Positions 44,056 to 53,550 of a DNA stretch of 64,000 bases are shown piece by piece. The notes under the pieces were generated by a model. The model saw only the letters and a program-made list of their open reading frames with translations, was not told the origin of the DNA and did no database searches. The position numbers and the translations under genes were made by a program. Source of the stretch: Candidatus Poribacteria bacterium (lineage in GTDB: Bacteria; Poribacteria; WGA-4E; WGA-3G); the NCBI GenBank assembly GCA_965205025.1, contig CBDBFU010000009.1:96001-160000 (forward strand), in the 5' to 3' direction. Numbering within the stretch: the first letter of the stretch is position 1; the number at the start of each line of letters is the position of its first letter.

Positions 44056-44490
44056 TTACCTATGATCTGTACTTCCAAAACCCCCTCTTGATGTGCCAGA
44101 CATCTGTTCCACCTCATTCCATTCAGGAGTAGCAACTTTAACAAATATAGCTTGTGCAATTCTATCACCTTTTTCAACCTTCACTGGTGCATCTGTAAAA
44201 TTGTAAACTTGAATTTTTATCTCATCATCTTCACCACAATAGTCGGTATCGATTATTCCTACACTCTGTGCCATCATTAGACCGTATTTTCTTGGGGAAC
44301 TGCTCCGCATACACAACATCAACATATAACCTTGTGGGGTTTCTACAATAACGTTCGCTGGTATTAATTCGATGCTTTTCGGTTCAATCTCCGCGGATTC
44401 ACGACACAGCAGGTCAAATCCTACCGATCCTTGGGTTTCATATTTCGGTAATGGAAGCGATTTATCAATTCTTTTAATATTTACTTTCAT
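44056..44490 (-). CDS. dut: dUTP diphosphatase
   Basis: GFDL, RSS, GIIDTDY.G, GDRIAQ, RGGFGST. Confidence 0.95.
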   Translation of the reverse strand: MKVNIKRIDKSLPLPKYETQGSVGFDLLCRESAEIEPKSIELIPANVIVETPQGYMLMLCMRSSSPRKYGLMMAQSVGIIDTDYCGEDDEIKIQVYNFTDAPVKVEKGDRIAQAIFVKVATPEWNEVEQMSGTSRGGFGSTDHR

Positions 44491-45365
44491 TATGATACCG
44501 CTATCCCCTCAGCTTTACACTCAATCCGATACACAGACGTACTTGCGGTAATAAATAAACTCTTCCAAAAATCACCACCCCATGCTAAATTTGCAGTCCG
44601 TTCTGGTACAATTATTATCCCGAGGTGTGTCCCATCTGGTGCAAAGATCCATATCCCATTCGGTCCAGTTAGATATACATTCCCTTGGCGATCAACTTTC
44701 ATTCCATCGGGGACACCGTTATCTCCCTCTTCTACAGCAAATACACGATCATTTGTGATTGTTCCATCCGTCTGTACATCAAATGCGCGAATGTGCATAC
44801 GCTTGGTATCATTAATATATAGAATTGATTCATCCGGTGAAAAACAGATTCCGTTGGGTCTATCAAAATCATCCACAAGAAGAGTCAAATTTGTCCCATC
44901 AGGTGATAAACGGTAGACTCCTTGAAAATCAAGCTCTTTTTCAGATTCTTTGCCAGATAATCCGTATGGTGGATCGGTAAAATAGATACTACCGTCAGAT
45001 TTCACAACCACATCGTTGGGACTGTTCAAACGTTTACCTTCATAGTGTGATGCAATGGTAATGACATCTCCATCTGCTGTTGTACGTGAAACGCGGCGAT
45101 TTCCGTGTTCACAAGCAATCAAGTGTCCACCCTTATCATAGGTTAAGCCATTTGAATTGCCGGAGGGATCTCTAAAATCTGTCATCCCGGACTCTGCATC
45201 CCATCGACGGATTTTGTTTGCTGGAATATCACTAAAAATCAGATATCTACCGATAGAATTCCATAAAGGTCCCTCTGTAAATTTACATCCTGTTGCCAAT
45301 TGTTTTATTTCTGCTTCTTCATCAACTAAATCTAATAGTCGTGGGTCGCGAACATCAAGTGCCAT
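44490..45365 (-). CDS. SMP-30/gluconolactonase family protein
   Basis: FTEGPLW, LNSPND, PNGICFSPD, PDGMKVD. Confidence 0.92.
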   Translation of the reverse strand: MALDVRDPRLLDLVDEEAEIKQLATGCKFTEGPLWNSIGRYLIFSDIPANKIRRWDAESGMTDFRDPSGNSNGLTYDKGGHLIACEHGNRRVSRTTADGDVITIASHYEGKRLNSPNDVVVKSDGSIYFTDPPYGLSGKESEKELDFQGVYRLSPDGTNLTLLVDDFDRPNGICFSPDESILYINDTKRMHIRAFDVQTDGTITNDRVFAVEEGDNGVPDGMKVDRQGNVYLTGPNGIWIFAPDGTHLGIIIVPERTANLAWGGDFWKSLFITASTSVYRIECKAEGIAVS

Positions 45366-45443
45366 GTTTTCCTTTCTAACAGATTCTAATTTCTGATGTT
45401 ATACTGTGATAGTAAGAAACTCGTTTTTTTAATGTGATTAATG

Positions 45444-45725
45444 TTATCGAAACTGCGGCAAAATAAGCATGAATATTAGTCCAATGCTCACACCACAGTT
45501 ACCCCATACACAGATTTTGAGTAGCCACTTCGGATAATTGGTGATTCCATAAAAATATACAGTGTATAGATGAATCCATAAACCAATGTTAATTAAAATC
45601 AGACCAATTAATGAATCTGAAGATCTGAAATAGGTTAGAAGAGATCCAGACACAAAAATTACTACGCCTATGAGACCTAATATCCCTGCTTGTGTCTTGT
45701 TCATCCCAAGATTTGAATTATCCAT
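45444..45725 (-). CDS. Small membrane protein (3 TM)
   Basis: Three hydrophobic segments in 93 aa. Confidence 0.55.
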   Translation of the reverse strand: MDNSNLGMNKTQAGILGLIGVVIFVSGSLLTYFRSSDSLIGLILINIGLWIHLYTVYFYGITNYPKWLLKICVWGNCGVSIGLIFMLILPQFR

Positions 45726-45800
45726 CCATTGACCTTTCCAGTTTTATGTTAAGATTGTGTTAGAAAAAACGTGTTAATTTTTGCGAATTGAGATGATTAT

Positions 45801-46453
45801 ACTTTCACGGAAACCTTCACGGAGCAATTTTACGAAGCCTTATTCTATAAGGGTTTATAATTTAAGCTATACCAATTTTCCGTGAATCACATTCGTTAAT
45901 TGTGATATAACTCAATTGTGTATTGAGTACTTATATGTTTTCATACAAAGTGTATTGGTACATAGCACTCCGCTGGAGTGCCAGACTATTCAGATATTAT
46001 TTTCTATAGACATAGTACTCCGCTGGAGTACGGTATTTTTGATATACAAAACTGAATAAAAATAGACTTATCATTAGAGACTCAGTTTCCCATGAATTAG
46101 AATTGTTAATCCTAATATGCAGACAAAAAATTTAGTCTAAAATAGGCATTTAATCCTAAATACTCAGACAGTAGATCGTCTTGATGTTGGATTACTCTAT
46201 GGCGTCGAAAAAATGAAAAAAGTTACACTTTTTGTCACACGGTGTGACATTGAAATTGGTGTAAATTACCCCTGTAACCCTTGTCATAGACTGACTTTAT
46301 TCCGCTTTAAATTGTCTTTATAAGAAATTCGAAAAAATGTGATTTTGTGTTATTGTTGTGCTTCCTGATTTTGGCATTTCCACCGGTTAAAAAGATACGC
46401 ATTTTTGACGTATATGGAATTTTGTAATTAGGATCGTTTTTATAGATAGTCAT
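45801..46453 (-). repeat. ~650 bp dispersed repeat, copy 2 (inverted relative to 385-968)
   Basis: Reverse complement is colinear with 385-968; has an extra ~70 bp (45929-46000) holding a second CACTCCGCTGGAGTG hairpin. Confidence 0.9.
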
Positions 46454-46697
46454 TAGTTTTTAGTTTGGTAGTTGTTGGTTTATAGTTGTTAGTTGTTTGA
46501 GATAGGTGTTTTCTTCATTTTTTTAAAGTTTTTTATAAAAATGTTTGATTCGATTCATTTAATGTCTGTTAATAGCATCATCTTTACCCACTGCTATCTA
46601 TCAATGACCTTGACACCCAATTCCATTCATGATAAGATAATTTTAATTGAATGATAGAATTAATAAATAGGATTGTTTAACCGAAAAGAAATACAAA

Positions 46698-46771
<74 letters not shown>

Positions 46772-46793
46772 ATATTAGTTTTAGAGTTTTATT

Positions 46794-46822
46794 AGTGTAA
46801 CAAATTTAGATCTTATTGTCAA
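46794..46822 (-). promoter_or_regulatory. Sigma70 promoter for tRNA-Arg
   Basis: Minus strand TTGACA-17 bp-TACACT. Confidence 0.65.
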
Positions 46823-46854
46823 GTTTCGTAAGACCACTGAGGAGGAATCTCAGT

Positions 46855-47943
46855 ATGAAACGTATAATACAGCACTTATCAAATCATACCTCGACATGTA
46901 AGCGATTATTATCATACGCTGCTATTATTCTGTTCCTATTTAGTTTAGCACCCGATATTGTAGAAAGTCGGCGTGGGTTCGGTGGACGGAGTTTTGGAAG
47001 AAGTTTCAGTCGTAGTTACAGTCGCAATACAAGTCGTAGTTACAGCCGTAGTTCAAAGACCTATAAAGCCCCTTCACGTAGTACACGTAGTACACGTAGT
47101 ACATATAGTGGAAGTAGAACATCAAAATCTACCTCTACACGTGCAAGTTCGGCAGCCCGTCAGAAACAAACTGCAACAACACGAGGAAAGACGACTAACA
47201 CCGCTTCAACAAGAAACACAACTGCATCTCGTTCACAACAATCCCGAACGACTGCTCAGAATCGGAAGCAGGTACGACAACTTAAAGCTGAAAACCGTAG
47301 TTTGAAACGACAGAATACAAGAGCAAATCGACAAACTGCACAAGCTCGAAGACAACAACGATCAACCATTACTGTGAACAATTTCGGTGGTTATTATCCT
47401 ATGGGTGGATATTCGATGTATTCGCTTGCTGCCTCAATGGCGTTTAATAACCTAATGTTTAATATCTATTTCCATGACTATTACAATCATTCAATTCGAC
47501 ATAGTTATTTATGGCATTATCATCATAGAGATTATGACCGTTCCCACTGGTCTGCTGAGAAGCAAGCGGAATATGAAAAATATAAGGCATATTATGAAAG
47601 CCAAGGGATTGAAGAGAATCCTAATTATGTAGACCCCGGCACAAACAAGGATGAGAACTACATTGCAAGTTATGTTGAGGAGAATCCTGATAAGTTCTAC
47701 GGGGATGATGTTGAGGTAGTCACTGTTGAAGAACTTCCTGATGAAGAGGCATTGAAGGAGGAACTTTTTGCATCTGCTGAAACACCAAATGTAACCTCGA
47801 ATTCTCAACGTGCCCCGCCAGTTACACAAAAGGTAATTGTTCAAAAGAAGACCTCTGGTGGAACATGGTTTCTTCTTATTTTTGGGAGTCTTTTGGTTGT
47901 CGGTGTCATCATGTTAGTATTGTATAACAAAGGTTATTTTTAG
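46855..47943 (+). CDS. Exported Ser/Arg/Thr-rich protein with C-terminal membrane anchor
   Basis: Signal-like N-terminus, RRGFGGRSFGRSFSRSYS low-complexity block, His/Tyr-rich core, C-terminal TM; RBS GAGGAGG. Confidence 0.75.
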   Translation: MKRIIQHLSNHTSTCKRLLSYAAIILFLFSLAPDIVESRRGFGGRSFGRSFSRSYSRNTSRSYSRSSKTYKAPSRSTRSTRSTYSGSRTSKSTSTRASSAARQKQTATTRGKTTNTASTRNTTASRSQQSRTTAQNRKQVRQLKAENRSLKRQNTRANRQTAQARRQQRSTITVNNFGGYYPMGGYSMYSLAASMAFNNLMFNIYFHDYYNHSIRHSYLWHYHHRDYDRSHWSAEKQAEYEKYKAYYESQGIEENPNYVDPGTNKDENYIASYVEENPDKFYGDDVEVVTVEELPDEEALKEELFASAETPNVTSNSQRAPPVTQKVIVQKKTSGGTWFLLIFGSLLVVGVIMLVLYNKGYF

Positions 47944-47950
47944 GTGAATC

Positions 47951-48574
47951 ATGGCATTATTTGGTCGGAAAGAGGGTAAATCCCTTTTTGGTAAGCAGAA
48001 AGAGGAAAAGGATAGAACACCCCTCAAGCATGAATTGGTTGATATTTCTATCAACAGCATGATTGAGTTATCGGATCTAACCACTTTTGAAGAAACAGGT
48101 GATACCTCACATGCTTTTAAACTTGTTACCCGAAAAAAGTATGAAGGTGAAGCTCTTCTACGCTATATGTATCACATAAAGGATGCTGAGGAAGAGGTTA
48201 TACTCGGTGTTGACCATATACCGGGTACAAAGGATGAATATGAAACGTCTCGGTGGATCGTAGATGGTGAACAAGAACTTGGAGATCCTTTACCTGACGT
48301 TATGACACTTTTCTATCCTGATCCTGATAATGAAGAAGGGGAAATCGAAGTTGTTTATAATCGACAAGAGATAATCTCTGCTAAACTTACGGTTACGGAT
48401 GTCCAAGGTAAAGAGGAATTTGAAACAGAACTCCATGAATATGTCACAGAGAATGAGGAACTCATGTCTATTGAACTTTGTGGTGATTGGTTGACTTTTT
48501 ATGTGGGTTTACCTATTTTACCATCCGATGTAGAAGTATATCCTGCTCTTGAGACAGAAAAGTCTGGTAGTTAA
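47951..48574 (+). CDS. Acidic hypothetical protein (possibly DUF4178-like)
   Basis: 7 bp after the previous gene; tail HEYVTENEELMSIE...FYVG..I.PSDV is reminiscent of DUF4178. Confidence 0.65.
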   Translation: MALFGRKEGKSLFGKQKEEKDRTPLKHELVDISINSMIELSDLTTFEETGDTSHAFKLVTRKKYEGEALLRYMYHIKDAEEEVILGVDHIPGTKDEYETSRWIVDGEQELGDPLPDVMTLFYPDPDNEEGEIEVVYNRQEIISAKLTVTDVQGKEEFETELHEYVTENEELMSIELCGDWLTFYVGLPILPSDVEVYPALETEKSGS

Positions 48575-48778
48575 ATTCTATCTACATTAGTCAGTACCAG
48601 AGTAATTTCCTCAGACAATGTGTCTAACGCTTAAATTGACACCTATGGGTTCCGTAAACTCTATCCGACCTATAAATAATCCTACATAATCATTTAGAAA
48701 TAGTATAACAGCGTAAGCGGTGCGGGATTACCTGCACCGCTTGCCTTTAAGACTCATAGGTGTAGGGGGTATCCACCG

Positions 48779-49843
48779 ATGAAACATCTAAAGATATTTG
48801 TTCTCTCACGCATCCGTATCCTTTTCTTTATCTGTTGTCTGCTCCTGTTTACCGATGCGACAGTTTGTGTTGATGCGAAAATTGTCTATTGTGTAGATGG
48901 TGATATATACGTCAGAAACGATGACGGCACTAATAGACGTAGACTCACAAAAAACACGATGGGGAAAGACCTTTACCCCAACTGGTCGCCTGATGGAAAA
49001 AGAATTGCCTTTATCAGGCTAATGGACAAGAAGAAGTCTCAAACCTCCGGTGAATTGTTCATTATGAACGCAGACGGAAAGGGTCTCCAACGGCTTACCC
49101 ATGACGACATCGGAGACGCATATCCGTCTTGGTCGCCCGATGGGAAAAAAATCGCCTTTCGGAGTCAACGAAGTGGAAGATATGAGGTGCATGTCGTAGA
49201 CCTTGAAACGCTTGCTGTCATGCAGTTAACTGGCATTGAAGGTGAACTGGGTTCTACTGCCCCCGACTGGTCACCCGATGGCACCCAGATCGTTTATGAA
49301 AAGTTTATAAACAATCTGGTCAGGCGACCGGGGTTCGGCGCTGGGTTATCCCATAAAAATATCTATGTGATGTCGGCGGATGGTGAAAATCAGCGTCCCC
49401 TTCTTCCCGATCCGAAGCCTGGTGCGGACACGGTTACCATGCGGTTCTTCCCACGTTGGTCCGCAGACGGACGACGGATCGTATTTGATGATTGCACCTG
49501 GAAAAAAGAATTTACATGTCGGCTCTCCGTGATGTTTATCGGTGGCGAGATACAGGTCATTCAGGATATTTATGACAAACTCGGAGAAAACTTGCTGATC
49601 GGATCCACCTGTTGGATAGAGAATGACAAAGCACTCCTTCTCTCCGTAATTCTAAAGGACAACCCTAATGCGAAAACTTATGATCTCTATAAATATGATT
49701 TTGAGACGGGAAACCTCAAACGGTTGACACTGACGCTGGGGGATGAGGAGTATCCTGATTGGATAGAAGGTGGGTTGTCTGTTTCACCACAGGGGAAGTT
49801 GCCAACACAGTGGGGAGAGAAAAAGCAGACCTTATCCCGGTAG
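48779..49843 (+). CDS. Secreted TolB-like PD40 beta-propeller, copy 1
   Basis: Signal peptide; WSPDG x3 and WSADG repeats; C-terminal VSPQGKLPTQWGEKK. Confidence 0.88.
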   Translation: MKHLKIFVLSRIRILFFICCLLLFTDATVCVDAKIVYCVDGDIYVRNDDGTNRRRLTKNTMGKDLYPNWSPDGKRIAFIRLMDKKKSQTSGELFIMNADGKGLQRLTHDDIGDAYPSWSPDGKKIAFRSQRSGRYEVHVVDLETLAVMQLTGIEGELGSTAPDWSPDGTQIVYEKFINNLVRRPGFGAGLSHKNIYVMSADGENQRPLLPDPKPGADTVTMRFFPRWSADGRRIVFDDCTWKKEFTCRLSVMFIGGEIQVIQDIYDKLGENLLIGSTCWIENDKALLLSVILKDNPNAKTYDLYKYDFETGNLKRLTLTLGDEEYPDWIEGGLSVSPQGKLPTQWGEKKQTLSR

Positions 49844-50116
49844 TTTCAAATCCATTTCCGTGCTGCCTTGATATATCCCTTTTTACTGCTGAAACCCGAA
49901 GGTGATTTCGATGTGTTCTTTATTGTATCCCACATGTGGCATATGAAGATTTAAATTGAGTTTCAAATGTTCGTTCATACAAGTAATCCTGTCCCTGATC
50001 AGGTTATGCATCGGTGCAGTACCTATTCAGAGACAGGATTAAGGTGAAACATGAAATAAAATATTAAGTCATGTAAAAGACACTACGTTTTGTTGGTTTG
50101 TGATATGAATATCCAT

Positions 50117-50896
50117 TCATTGAACCGTAACAGTGTAGCTCTCTTGATATACAGTCTGATTTGCTCTATATATATAGGCTGTAATTGTATAATCTCCTGT
50201 ATGCATAGCCCCACTGGGAAATGTGTAACTAAAAGATGCTTCTGTTGATCCACTGTCTTGCGCGTAAGTTGACCCCATATTGGAACCAAGCGTACCTGAA
50301 ACATCACCAGGAGCATTCACATACCAAGTGACCGAACTGTATGGTGCATCTGTGATAAGAACTGCTTCATGGGAATCACCTGGATTCGCTGCATAAGAAC
50401 CATTTTTGGGTTTTAATCCAGGACTGGAATTTGCACCTTCTTTCCAGTCATCATTCTCTCCTGCTTTTTCCGCCTTTTTCTCATCGTAATCCCTATGAAT
50501 AACCGTGCTATCGTTTTTCTTAATTTCAAGAGTAGCGCTGGCTGTCCAACCCATAGCTACTCGGTTTATTTCCGCTGTAGCGAAAGTAAGGTCTCTTTCT
50601 TCACGAACTCCTTCATCAAAAGAATCTTGAGCAGAGACAGGATCTTCACCGCTTGCTGTGAGAAGTATTGTGTAATTCCCTTCTCGGTCCCAGTGTGCAA
50701 AGGTGATACCGTGAACATGAACATCTGTATCATGCCCTCCGAATCCACCAAAAACCTGTCCGTGGACATCTGCATATTCACTTGAGGGTAGGTCATTGTT
50801 ATGAGGATACTCATCATGTGAGTGTCCACTGTATAGGACGATTGTAAAGACTGTGAATAGAGTAAAGAGTGTAAAAGCAAACAATTTTTTAGCCAT
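50117..50896 (-). CDS. Secreted hypothetical protein, type A
   Basis: Signal peptide, His/Asp-rich N-terminus, beta-rich C-terminal domain. Confidence 0.75.
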   Translation of the reverse strand: MAKKLFAFTLFTLFTVFTIVLYSGHSHDEYPHNNDLPSSEYADVHGQVFGGFGGHDTDVHVHGITFAHWDREGNYTILLTASGEDPVSAQDSFDEGVREERDLTFATAEINRVAMGWTASATLEIKKNDSTVIHRDYDEKKAEKAGENDDWKEGANSSPGLKPKNGSYAANPGDSHEAVLITDAPYSSVTWYVNAPGDVSGTLGSNMGSTYAQDSGSTEASFSYTFPSGAMHTGDYTITAYIYRANQTVYQESYTVTVQ

Positions 50897-50911
50897 CTTA
50901 TTTCTCCTATT

Positions 50912-51637
50912 TTATCGTAAGTTGAGATACTGATACGGATCAATACCTGAGGATTCTAAATCTAAAACACGTAGACCTGGTGGTGGATTTTTTAAATCCA
51001 CCCGTGTGAACTGAACGTGAGGACCCGATTTGATATGTGAGGACTCTCCTATTGTTTTTCCATCTTTGTTCTTAATCGGGGAAAATGTGACATAAACTGT
51101 GTCATTGTAGTGAGGATAGACTTTTCCGTTGTGTGTGCTACCCCCACGAAAGTTTCTCTCGCCTTCATTCCATAACTTAATTAACACTCGAGTCAGGAGT
51201 TCGGCCCTGGGAGTATCTTTATTCTTCCATATTACTTTGTATGGATAATCTCCCAGTTCTGGGTAGGGTCCAAAACCGAAAGGTGACACTGGCATATCCT
51301 CCGTATTAACCGTTTCTGTGGTATGTGGTGCTGTATAGGTGGACGTTTTTGTTGATTCTGTCTTATCTATCGTGGACGATGTGTCTTTGATAGGTTCCTT
51401 AGCATTTTGCTCAATACCACCTACATTTGAATCGGTTCCCTGTTCTGATGCTGATGGATCGTCAATCGTTACTGTTCGTTGCTTTTTGTATTGACGGATA
51501 TTCTCATGATGTAGAGCTTCGTCTTTCCTATAAGGTGCGGTCGTGTATTGATAGAAAAGATAGCACAGACCGGCAAATATAATTAGAAAGCCTATCCCCA
51601 TAAGAATCCATCTGTTGGTAAAAAACACATAAAACAT
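50912..51637 (-). CDS. Membrane-anchored protein, constant N-/variable C-terminus, copy 1
   Basis: MFYVFFTNRWILMGIGFL TM anchor, T/S-rich linker, SPFGFGPYPE, C-terminal GIDPYQYL; RBS GGAGG. Confidence 0.85.
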   Translation of the reverse strand: MFYVFFTNRWILMGIGFLIIFAGLCYLFYQYTTAPYRKDEALHHENIRQYKKQRTVTIDDPSASEQGTDSNVGGIEQNAKEPIKDTSSTIDKTESTKTSTYTAPHTTETVNTEDMPVSPFGFGPYPELGDYPYKVIWKNKDTPRAELLTRVLIKLWNEGERNFRGGSTHNGKVYPHYNDTVYVTFSPIKNKDGKTIGESSHIKSGPHVQFTRVDLKNPPPGLRVLDLESSGIDPYQYLNLR

Positions 51638-51707
51638 AATTACCTCCTAAAAAAGGGAAGTTATAGAGTTGCTTATATTAAGTTACATAGATTCAGATCA
51701 AAAACCT

Positions 51708-51896
51708 TTAGCTTTTTTTTAAATCTGTATCATGCCTCCCAAATCCACCAAAAACCTGTCCATGGACATCTGCATATTCACTTGAGGGTAATAGGTCATC
51801 TATAGGATAGCTATCATGTGCGTCTCCATTGAACATTGTAATTATAAAAACTGAGGATACCGTTATGAGTGTAAAAGCAAAAAGTTTCTTAGCCAT
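51708..51896 (-). pseudogene. Truncated paralog of the type A secreted protein
   Basis: MAKKLFAFTL...LPSSEYADVHGQVFGGFGRHDTD matches the N-terminus of 50117-50896, then breaks at the T8 tract near 51720. Confidence 0.85.
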
Positions 51897-51909
51897 TTTT
51901 TTCTCCTTA

Positions 51910-52632
51910 TTAACGTATATTCAGGTATTTATATGGATCTATACCTGAAGAATCTAAATCTAAAACGCGTAGACCTGGTGGAGGATTTGTTAAATCCGAT
52001 TTATTATATCTAACATGTGGACCTGAAAGAGTTTCTGTGGTACCTCCTCTTATATTTCCTTCTTTGTCTCTAATAGGTGTAAATTTGTAATACACTACAT
52101 CATTGTAATGAGGATAGACCTTACCGTTGCTAATGCTTCCTCCTATAAAGTTTCTCTCGCCTTCATTCCATAACTTAATTAATACTCGAGTTAGGAGTTC
52201 TAAACTTGGTGTATTCGTAGTCCATATTACTTCATGAGGATAGTCTCCCAGTTCTGGGTAGGGTCCAAAACCGAAAGGTGACACTGGCGTATTCTCTGTA
52301 TCAACCGTTTCTGTGGTCTGTGGTGCTGCATAGGCTTGCGTTTTTGTTGATTCTGTCTTATCTATCGTGGACGATGTGTCTTTGATAGGTTCCTTAGCAT
52401 TTTGCTCAATACCACCTACATTTGAATCGGTTACCTGTTCTGATGCTGATGGATCGCCAATCGTTCCTGTTCGTTGCTTTTTGTATTGATGGATTTTCTC
52501 TTGATGTAGAGCTGCGTCTTTCCTATAAGGTGCGGTCGTGTATTGATAGAAAAGATAACACAGACCGGCAAATATAATTAGAAAGCCTATCCCCATAAGA
52601 ATCCATCTGTTGGTAAAGAACCCATAAAACAT
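51910..52632 (-). CDS. Membrane-anchored protein, copy 2
   Basis: First ~125 aa nearly identical to copy 1; C-domain homologous but more diverged. Confidence 0.85.
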   Translation of the reverse strand: MFYGFFTNRWILMGIGFLIIFAGLCYLFYQYTTAPYRKDAALHQEKIHQYKKQRTGTIGDPSASEQVTDSNVGGIEQNAKEPIKDTSSTIDKTESTKTQAYAAPQTTETVDTENTPVSPFGFGPYPELGDYPHEVIWTTNTPSLELLTRVLIKLWNEGERNFIGGSISNGKVYPHYNDVVYYKFTPIRDKEGNIRGGTTETLSGPHVRYNKSDLTNPPPGLRVLDLDSSGIDPYKYLNIR

Positions 52633-52682
52633 AATTACCTCCTAAAAATGGGAAGTTATAGAGTTGCTTATATTATATTAAG

Positions 52683-52765
52683 TTACATAGATTCAGATCA
52701 AAAACCTTTAGCTTTTTTTTGAAATTGAAAAAAGTACTAAAGAATTTTTGTCTAATCGTATATAA
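52683..52765. promoter_or_regulatory. Back-to-back twin promoter-like motifs
   Basis: Plus strand AAAAAAGTACTAAAGAATTTTTGTCTAATCGTATATAA; minus strand AAAAAAGCTAAAGGTTTTTGATCTGAATCTATGTAA; repeated at ~56434-56516, half copy at 51683-51720. Confidence 0.5.
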
Positions 52766-52837
52766 TTAAATAGAGACTATATTGTTTGTGTAGAATTATT
52801 TCGTTTTCTCGTAATTCGCCTTGAAGGAGGTAAATAC

Positions 52838-53491
52838 ATGCAACTTCCAAGAGGACCACATAACAGAGGAAAATGTCCGTTTAGTATTGATCCTGCAGAT
52901 GTTATGACTGCGAAAACATCAGTAGACGATTGTGTATCTTGTGTTCAAGGAAAGAGTTCATACTTGAAGGGTTATAAGGAAGATTTTTTTCAATTAGCTT
53001 TTATGACGATTATAGAGGAAACACCGAAGTATGACCCTGATCACCCGAGCGGTGCGAGTTTTACAACGTTCATTAAGAGTCGTGTCTGTACAAGGTTATG
53101 GGGAGAGCGAAGAAAAGTGTTACAACATTTACCTTATCCTCATGAAATGTATTCGCTTACAGATACGGGTGACAATGATAATCCACTTCTTTTTAGTTTG
53201 ATGCATGAGGCGTGTGCCATAGAGAATATAGCAGATACAGTCATTAGACAACTTGAAGTGGAGACACTACGGAGAAATTTACCATACCTCATGGTGAAAC
53301 TCTCAGAAAATGAACGTCGTGTGATTGAACTCAAGTTTTTTGAGGAGTTAAGTGGTGTTGAGATTGCCGAATCCCTTGAAATATCGGAAGGACGCGTTAG
53401 TCAGCTGGCACAGAGAGCTTTGGCAAAGTTAGGGAAAGCGTACCTTTGCATGTTGGATAAAAATATTGGTAACCCCTATGGTAAAAGGTGA
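52838..53491 (+). CDS. Sigma-70 family alternative sigma factor (FliA/WhiG-like regions 2 and 4), copy 1
   Basis: YDP..PSGASFTTFIKSRV (region 2); LSENERRVIELKFFEELSGVEIAESLEISEGRVSQL (region 4 HTH). Confidence 0.85.
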   Translation: MQLPRGPHNRGKCPFSIDPADVMTAKTSVDDCVSCVQGKSSYLKGYKEDFFQLAFMTIIEETPKYDPDHPSGASFTTFIKSRVCTRLWGERRKVLQHLPYPHEMYSLTDTGDNDNPLLFSLMHEACAIENIADTVIRQLEVETLRRNLPYLMVKLSENERRVIELKFFEELSGVEIAESLEISEGRVSQLAQRALAKLGKAYLCMLDKNIGNPYGKR

Positions 53492-53550
53492 GCAAAATTG
53501 GAGGCAATTACTTTCGTTTTAGAAAATAAATTTTAAAATAATATGTCCAG

